From Octopus sinensis (lineage: Eukaryota): 64,000 nt of DNA. Positions 55,311-64,000 of this stretch are shown here, piece after piece (position 1 is the stretch's first letter; every line of letters begins with the position of its first letter). The position numbers and the translations under genes were made by a program. The stretch spans positions 124,001 through 188,000 of the forward strand of contig NC_043018.1 in assembly GCF_006345805.1 (NCBI RefSeq), in the 5' to 3' direction. Under the pieces are notes generated by a model. That model had not been told where the DNA came from. It did no database searches and saw only the letters and a list, made by a program, of their open reading frames with translations.

Positions 55311-55988
55311 ATCAACAATTGAGGGTAAAATTAATTAATTAAATCAATTTCACCAAGTGTTCAGTATTAAAAGGACCATTTAAGGCGAATTCAAAATATT
55401 ACATTATATATTAGGGCTTAGTAAAATAAATTACTTTGCCACATACTGAACTAAGTAGAAATAGCAGCCAAAAAAATTTTTTTAGCCATTTCTACTACTT
55501 AAGAAAATTTCTCTCAGATAATGTTCACTCCAGACAGCTCACGGAGGTTTGGAGGTAATACAGAAAAATATCACAAGTACATAGATCGTTTGAGTACGTC
55601 AACGTTTCAAGATTAGCCAAATAAAATCAGCATTTCTTTCGTCAGCTCAAAATTTCTTAATTTGGATTTGGAAACACTAAAAAGAAGGAACTTTACCTAT
55701 CAACGCTTCAGATGAACCACTCCAACTAACAGTGTCAACAAATTCAAAATGCGCAGGCGTAAAATTCTGCACTCCCCCTTCCACCCACGTGGTCTATCTA
55801 GCAAACATTATATTTTAACCGCGAAAACCGAGGCAGTATGACAGAGAGAAATGAATTATAATATCAACAATTGAGGGTAAAATTAATTAATTAATCAATT
55901 TCACCAAGTGTTCAGTATGTAAAAGGACCTTTAAGGCGAATTCAAAATATTACATTATATTAATAGGGCTTAGTAAATTACTAAGCCC

Positions 55989-55990
<2 letters not shown>
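55311..55990 (-). mobile_element. Second hammerhead element: ~1.2 units of ~552 bp with a terminal 13-bp fold-back, flanked by (TA)n
   Basis: 55311-55430 is repeated at 55863-55980; TAGGGCTTAGTAA-A-TTACTAAGCCCTA at 55964-55990. Confidence 0.75.
55589..55651 (-). ncRNA. Type-I hammerhead ribozyme, intact core
   Basis: Minus strand: stem I TTTGAG/CTCAAA (6 bp); CTGACGA; stem II AAGA/TCTT; GAAA; stem III ACGT-TG-ACGT; GUA triplet. Confidence 0.8.
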
Positions 55991-56026
<36 letters not shown>

Positions 56027-56154
56027 ATATATATATATGTATATATATATATACATATATATGTATGTATATATATCTATATGTATATATATATATATAT
56101 ATATATAATATAATAATATATATTTATTATATATATACATATATATTTAATATG

Positions 56155-56305
56155 TACACGGCGGGCTTCTTTCATTTCCGTCTACCAAATCCACTCACTA
56201 GCCCTTGGTCAGTCCGAAGCTACGGAAGAAGATACTTGCCACGCAGTGAAACTGAACCCGAAACCATGTGGTTTTAAGCAACCTTCTTATCACACAGCCA
56301 AGCCT
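56155..56305 (-). mobile_element. SINE family A, head fragment
   Basis: GGGCTTCTTTCATTTCCGTCTACCAAATCCACTCAC...ACTGAACCCGAAACCATGTGG. Confidence 0.75.
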
Positions 56306-57323
56306 GTGTTTATTTAATAAACATACATATGACTTTGCTGTACAAGTAGTGAATGTTTTTTAAACCGAAGTATTGTTCACGCTGTAGAAGGAAAAGAAAA
56401 GCAAATTTAACCGATACTCCCGTTTCTACAATTTCATTAGGGTTATTTACGAACGTGTTAATCGACAAAAAGAGCGGGAGAGAAGAACGGGAATCGCTTA
56501 CATCGCCCTGTCAAATATGTGATGTTGAATTAACACTGATTCTCTTCATTTGAGTATCTTCTTATTAACAAGTAGATTGTGGATTCGAATTAATTAGCGA
56601 CATTGCTAAGTATGTGTATCTGTGAATATATTATAAATTATTTAATAATTAATTAATAACAGCAGGTGACTCTTAGTATACAAGTCATGTTAGACGCTTG
56701 GTTTTCTGATCAGAGAAATGACTTCGTTGCTTAAACACTGCAACTGTTTGTTTTGCAAAACTAAACGTATAGATATTAGTTCAAACGTATTCGTAGATAT
56801 TCTAAATAATTTATCCACAGCATATGTCTCCGCGCATGCGCACTCCTGTGTGTGTTTGTATTTGCGTATGTAAAACATATGAGAGAAAAAGAAAATGGAA
56901 TTCATAAAACTCTTTATTAATCACTACGATCGTTTCGACCCATCGTGCATCTGTCCCTCGCTGGTGGAATTCTGTACAACTGTTTCTGGTGCGGCCGAAA
57001 GACTCGTACGTTGGGATAACGCAAAGGAAAATGAAAATGTACTATTTGACTGGGGAGACAAGAATGACAGACAGAGGGTCAGAACAAAGGAAGAAGCAAA
57101 ATATAAAGGAGGCAAAGAGAGAGAAAGTGAGAGGAAAGTCGGCAAAACAGGAAAAGATAGAGAAAGAGACAGAGGAGAAAGGAATATTTTAGTGTTGGGT
57201 ATGTTCCTAGTAGTACCCCGATAAAGCATGTTCATTGCCTGTCTACCTGACGTTATCTCAGGTAATTATACAATTGTCGCTTAACCTACCTCATATACAT
57301 GTTATATATATATATATATATTA

Positions 57324-57358
<35 letters not shown>

Positions 57359-57385
57359 CATACATATATACATACATATAATATA

Positions 57386-57437
<52 letters not shown>

Positions 57438-57886
57438 TACATATATACACATACACACACATGAATATTTATATACACCACACCATATATATACATTTAT
57501 ATAAACATACACACGCACTGACACACAATTTATGGCTGTTTTCAAAATTTTAATAAGCATTAACGTTGTTTTGATGCTATTTAGTGCTGCAGATTATATG
57601 CTTAAAATTGGCCAACTCATATTTTGAGATGCTAAGGCGATTAACGCGTTGTGAAAGTGATTTGGCAAATAACTTTTAACAGATCAAGTGAATTTTGTTG
57701 TATATAGCGGCGCTGATTCAACAAAAATTGATGAAGCATTGTAAAAATGTTAGGTCCTGACTCTCCCATCAGCTTCGAATCCTATATATTCGGTGACAGA
57801 TTACAGTAGCACCCACAGCTCTAAATTTAGGGCGGTTCCTCTGGCCTCGCTACAAGAATGCTAATAGGCGCACTGCAGGCGCAGTA

Positions 57887-58520
57887 TATGTACAGGAGTT
57901 GTTGTGCGGTAAGTGGCTTGCTTACCACATGGTTCCGGGTTCAGAGTCCCTCTGCGTGACACCTTGGGCAAGTGTCTTCTACTATAGCCTCGGGCCGACC
58001 AAAGCCTTGTGAGTGGATTTGGTAGACGGAAACTGAAAGAAGCCTGTCGTATATATGTATATAGATACAGGAGTGGCTGTGTGGTATGTAGCTTGCTAAC
58101 CAACCACATGGTTCCGGGTTCATCCCTCTGCGTGGAACTTTGGGCAAGTGTCTTCTACTATAGGCTCGGGCCGACCAAAGCCTTGTGAGTGGATTTGGTA
58201 GACGGAAACTGAAAGTAAACCGTCGTATATATGTGTATATATATATATGTGCGTGTGTGTTTGTGTGTGTGTGTGTGTGTATGTGTGTGTGTATGTGTGT
58301 ATGTTTATGTGTGTGTGTTTGTTCCCCCAACATCGCTTGACAACCGATGCTGGTGCGTTTACGTCCCCGTCACTCAGCGGTTCGGCAAAGGAACCCGACA
58401 GAATAAGTACTAGGCTTACAAAGAATAAGTCCTAAAGTCGATTTGCTCGACTAATGGCGGTGGTCCAGCTTAGCCGCAGTCAAATGACTGAAACAAGTAA
58501 AAAGAGTAAAAGAGTAAAGA
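57887..58520 (+). mobile_element. SINE family A with a duplicated head (two ~175-bp head/central modules, one tail)
   Basis: TACAGGAGT...GGTTCCGGGTTCA...GACGGAAACTGAAAG at 57892 and 58067, followed by a complete tail. Confidence 0.85.
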
Positions 58521-59608
58521 GTACTGTGTTTACTGATACCCCAAATGTTAGAATTTCTACGGCAACAAATTCAATAAAGAATTGCAAAAGGATTCGTAGG
58601 AATTCTGGTTCAAGTCCCCCAATGTAACTCCTCATAAATTATTTATCTTTTTGGAATTTTTAGAAATTCCTTGTGAACACACGCGTATTCATGCGATTAT
58701 GCAAAAGAAAAACCCAATTTTTTGTGTGATTAAAAAGCTATTTAGCTGTTAGTTTTAGCACATCTCACGTCCACCTACATTTTTCTTTTCTTTGTCATTC
58801 TCACAAGTATTTATGTTTTCCCCTATTTTGCTCCCTATTAACACATTTAATATTCCATTTCTTGGATTTAAGGCAAAAATTCGAACTGTCTATATGTTGA
58901 ACTCTGTTTAAAAAAAAAAAAAACAGACAATGAAAATTTAGATTTCTTTTTTTTAATTCGAAAAAATTATACTTTTTCATATTAGAATAAATTTCTAAGT
59001 ATAATTCAACTATTAGCCTCAGGTGAATAACAAATTAACGGATTTCCAAAAGTTCCTTTGACATTCTTTGCACTTAAAAAACAATAGTCATACTACCAAA
59101 TTAACGCTAGCTAAACCAGCATATTTGAGTTCGCTTCAAATCACGGAAGTAGCTGAACATTGAATAAAGCGGCATTCACTATTGACCACATGAATGAAAC
59201 TGGGTTCAAATTCATTTACGAGATATCTATGCAGCAAAAACGTATGTGGGACAGATTCAAGTTAAATGTGTTGTATAAAATTCTGATGTACTAATCTCCG
59301 TATTCATTCATTGTAATTGTTTTGGATATGCATTCAGTAGACTATTTATAATCCAATGAAGCGGAAGAAGGATTTACTCTAGCGGACCAAGGATTGAGTG
59401 AAATACGAAGGATTTACTGAAGCGAACCAAGTATTCGGTGAATTCATTGCGACTACTTACCTCAATTGATATCGGGTGTTTTTACCATTCTATGCGGTTA
59501 GCTATACCTTGGATTATAATCGAGGCTTGAAGGGTTATCGACTAGATATATTTTATCCTTGTCTATTCAATACACAACACAACACACACACACGCATATA
59601 TATATATG

Positions 59609-59668
<60 letters not shown>

Positions 59669-59853
59669 TATTATATGTGCATATATATAATATATATAAT
59701 TATAATATATAATATATATATATATATATATATAATATATATACATATATATTATATATGCACGCACTATATATGTATGTACATTTATATATATATATAA
59801 TATACATATATATATATATATACTTTATTAAAAGCAGCAGAAATTCAACCAAC

Positions 59854-59891
59854 CTGTTACTCTGAGTTTCACGTTCCCGTTCGTCGGACAG
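59854..59891 (-). ncRNA. Minimal type-I hammerhead with one core substitution (U4C)
   Basis: Minus strand CTGT-CCGACGA-ACG GGAA CGT-GAA-ACTC A GAGT-A-ACAG, enclosed by a 20-bp inverted repeat (59829-59848 / 59901-59920). Confidence 0.6.
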
Positions 59892-59999
59892 TTTTAAATC
59901 TTGAATTTCTGCTGCTTTTAAATAAAGCATATTACTCTACCACTGGTATTTGAGTACTCTTTTTTCCACCTTGTTTCACACATTTATGTGTTACTCCGG

Positions 60000-60068
<69 letters not shown>

Positions 60069-61438
60069 TATTGTAATGGAGAAAGCTACTTATAGCTACT
60101 TATTAATCAGGTATGTAACAGTTATTAAAGAAACCAAATATTAAAGGCTTGACCGCCTAGAAATTTTTGATTTAAATTAATGTTCCAAGAAATCTCCTGT
60201 ATTTTTGATTTCTGAAGTTTATTGATAATTTGAGCTTCCAGTCCTTCACAAATATAAGTATTCGTTGCATTCACTGCGGAGTAGATTTAGTGAACAATAT
60301 TAATTCGTTGCAGACGAAATTTTCCGTTTTCATTTGCAACAGTCTCTCACTCTCTCTCGCCTTTATTTGCATTAATGATAATTTATTATATATTCATTGC
60401 AAGTTTTAATTCAATATTTGCAAAACCCACACTTTATTCTATATATGTATTGAAAAATATATACTTATTGAATGAACGAATTCTATTACACAAATAGTTG
60501 CATAATGCTGAGGCTTATTTTTGATAAAATGAAAATTTTTAATATTTCGCTATAATTTAAAAAATAAAAAAAATATTCAAGAAGTGATTTTGTTAGTATG
60601 ACTCTTTGGGACGCTATAAGCCTTACACTAATATCTATGTGATCGCTGCTATTTCTAGGACGATAAACGTTTCTTTATATTACAGATATATTACAACTAC
60701 GGTAAATTACTGAAAGAAGTAATTACTAATATTTACTAAGCACTGAGATTTTTCATAAATTGAAGTTTTCAAGAAAATTTACTTTCTGAGATTCCTTTTA
60801 TTATTGAGTATTTCAAGCTAAAAAATTAAATATTCGGTACAAGATACTTTGTCATTCTTTCGCTTAAACCCGCAACTTCGTTCATTTCCGTAAGAATATT
60901 TTATTTAATGTTTTCACGCCGTTTTCTGCTCTCTGTATTTGCAGACAGTCTCAGATGCACGCGTGTGCTTTGGTATGTGCGTGTGTGTGTGTTTGTGTGC
61001 GTGAGAGAGAGAGAGAGCGAGAGAGTGAGTGAAGGGGTGTGTTGTCAGGTATACGTGCATAGATAAATACATATGCATACGTCTTTTTGTATGTATCTTT
61101 GCGCTCGTGTGTGTGAGTGTCGGTGTTTGAGACAGAAAAAAGTGTGTGATGTCTAAGTGGCACTCTCGCCCTCTCCCTCCCTCTCTCTTTCTCTCTCTCT
61201 CTACACACACACACAAGCGTCCATTCCATATACACGAACATACAGTTTTCACTTCTCTCTTTCACTTTAAAACAATAGTAAATAAATAAAAAATATTGAC
61301 GAAAATTAACGAAGAAAAGCAGATGTTCATTTTGGCATTTCTGGGGGCTCAACCCCAAAAAAGGCCGCTTGTTTTTAACGATCTTTTACTTATACGATCT
61401 TTTTCATTTCATATTTATTTCATTTACTGTTTATTTCA

Positions 61439-61508
<70 letters not shown>

Positions 61509-61678
61509 TTCACACACACACACACTCCAGGCTTGAGTAGCACAGAAACACCCAGAGTGTGGTCCTCCAGCTAGTATATATATTGTGTATACACATACAC
61601 ACACATACATATATATACATATACCTGTGTATATCTGGATATAAATATATAGACATACACACGCACACACGCAATCAG

Positions 61679-61739
<61 letters not shown>

Positions 61740-61948
61740 CAATCATGTACAGATCAAAAAATGTATCGTAGACATATATACAAATACATGGATTTATATG
61801 TATATTTTATAATAAGAGATATATATGCGGGTGGGGTGTATATTACATACATCCATACAGAAATGCGTACAAATATATTTGCATATATACATATATGCAT
61901 ATGTATGTAAACATACATAAGTATATATACATATGTGTAAAGCATATA

Positions 61949-62028
<80 letters not shown>

Positions 62029-62822
62029 GTGTTTGTGTATAAAAAGATACATATGCGTGTGTGTGTTCATATATACACATAGCTAAATATATACATGTGT
62101 ATGTACATTAACAAATATAGTCATACATAAGTAAGTATGCACTCACGCACACACACACGCACACACATACATACACGCACTCACACAAACTTCCGCTATT
62201 TCAGAATTTGATTTTCCCCTTCCATTTTGTTTTCTAATATTATTTCCTCTTTCAACTCTTTTCATATCAAAAAAAAAAAAAAAAAAATCAGCAACATAGA
62301 TTGATATCGTTTTGACCTCTGATAACTTTGATATCATTTTCAATTTTTTTTTTTTTTCTGTTTCGTGTTTCAGGCTTTTTTATTGTTTTACTTATTCTTT
62401 ATTATATGCTGCTGCTGTTTATATTTCTTTGTTTTTGTCTTGCATTTTTTTTTATTTCCAAATTATTATTTTATAGCCTGACCTCTATATAACCATAATT
62501 TTGCTTAAAATTTTCTGTTCTATTCTTCTTCTTGATTTGGTTTCCGTTGTTATTCTTGGCCTTGTTTTTGTTTTGTTCTTAGAGTAGTTGTGTGATTACT
62601 GTTATTTCTTTCGTATTCTATCATTATAGATTATTTTTTTTATATCGTCTTGGTTTTTCAAAACTTATTATTAACGTTCATAGTTCTCTGCACTTTTGTA
62701 TACAGTCATACATTTTATAACTTTCGTTCACACAGTCTCTTTCTCAAAATCTGCCTCTTTCTCGCGGTCTTTCCCATCTCTGTCTCCAATATAATATATA
62801 CATATATATATATATATATATA

Positions 62823-62853
<31 letters not shown>

Positions 62854-62879
62854 TATATGTGTGTACACATCACAGACAT

Positions 62880-62926
<47 letters not shown>

Positions 62927-63157
62927 TATATAATTATATACATACATACATACATACATGTGTGAGTGTGTGTCTATGTGTGTGTGTGTATATATATATA
63001 TATGTATAATTTTTACAAATTTCAACTGTTTGAAATCTTTCAAATTCTCGTAATCCAGACACATGTACGGCAACTGTTCTCAGATTATCGAGTATCCTAT
63101 TGTTTTCCGTGTTCGTATATTCTTCGTCCATATATATATAAATGCACTCATATATAT

Positions 63158-63199
<42 letters not shown>

Positions 63200-63625
63200 C
63201 ATGCAAGTATGTGTGTAGCTATGTATTTATGTACACGTCTATATTTGCGCATAATTAATCATAAATATATGTATGAATATATGTTTATATACATGCAGGT
63301 ATTTGTCTGAATATGTATTTGTATATCTTCCTCTTATTTTGATCTTTTTTCTCGAAACTGCATTCATACACCCAGTTAAACTTTCTGTCCTGACAACATA
63401 CAATGTGCGCCTGCAATAATGTACATATATTTTACAGAGACTTATTTGCACAAATATGTACAGCAACTCTGAGTTTCACTATATATACCCATAGGTATAC
63501 AAATGCATATAACAAAAGAGTATGTAGATATTTGGATGATATGTGTATGTATGTATATATATATATATATATATTTTTATGTATATATATATATATGTTA
63601 TTATATATATACATATATATATATG

Positions 63626-63722
<97 letters not shown>

Positions 63723-63729
63723 CGCTTAT

Positions 63730-63990
63730 ATATTTGTTATGCTAGATTTTTTTATGTGAAGTCGTGTGTTGAAACAGATATTGTTATACTTCGGAATGGC
63801 CATTTGCCAGTTTAGCCAATAAAAACACACGCACTATATATTTGGTGTTACTTTGCTTCAGTGTTATTTATTTTTTACATTAATCTTAATCTTATTTCAG
63901 CCAGAGTTCTTTCGTCACACACCTGTGACCGCATCAGCGGTCCTTTGTTTTCTTCTTTCTTATTTGTGTCTCTCCTTACAAACCGACATA
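63730..63990 (-). mobile_element. Penelope-pLTR-like fragment with a degenerate hammerhead (63901-63940), flanked by (TA)n
   Basis: Minus strand CCG-CTGATGC-G-GTCACA GGTG TGTGAC-GAAAG AA CTC-TGG. Confidence 0.45.
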
Positions 63991-64000
63991 TATATATATA

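Overview
Non-coding-looking, very AT-rich animal genomic DNA dominated by (TA)n, (CA)n, (TACA)n, (GATA)n and trinucleotide microsatellites. The repeat content resembles Octopus/coleoid cephalopod DNA (inferred from recalled SINE families, not proven). I found no convincing host exon: nearly all ORFs in the track are translated microsatellites. Identifiable content is (i) several tRNA-derived SINE families, (ii) decayed LINE fragments (two RTE, one CR1/L2-like, two R4/Dong-like), (iii) many fold-back palindromes and local duplications. The most interesting signal is a set of at least five unrelated short non-coding repeat families that carry minimal type-I hammerhead ribozyme motifs with palindromic stem III, most of them flanked by (TA)n. 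The best case is a ~395-bp x3 tandem array at 54.0-55.3 kb with a conserved catalytic core in every unit, i.e. a retrozyme-like / Penelope-pLTR-like element that could release a ~395-nt (circular) RNA. All structures were read by eye; nothing was computed or searched.
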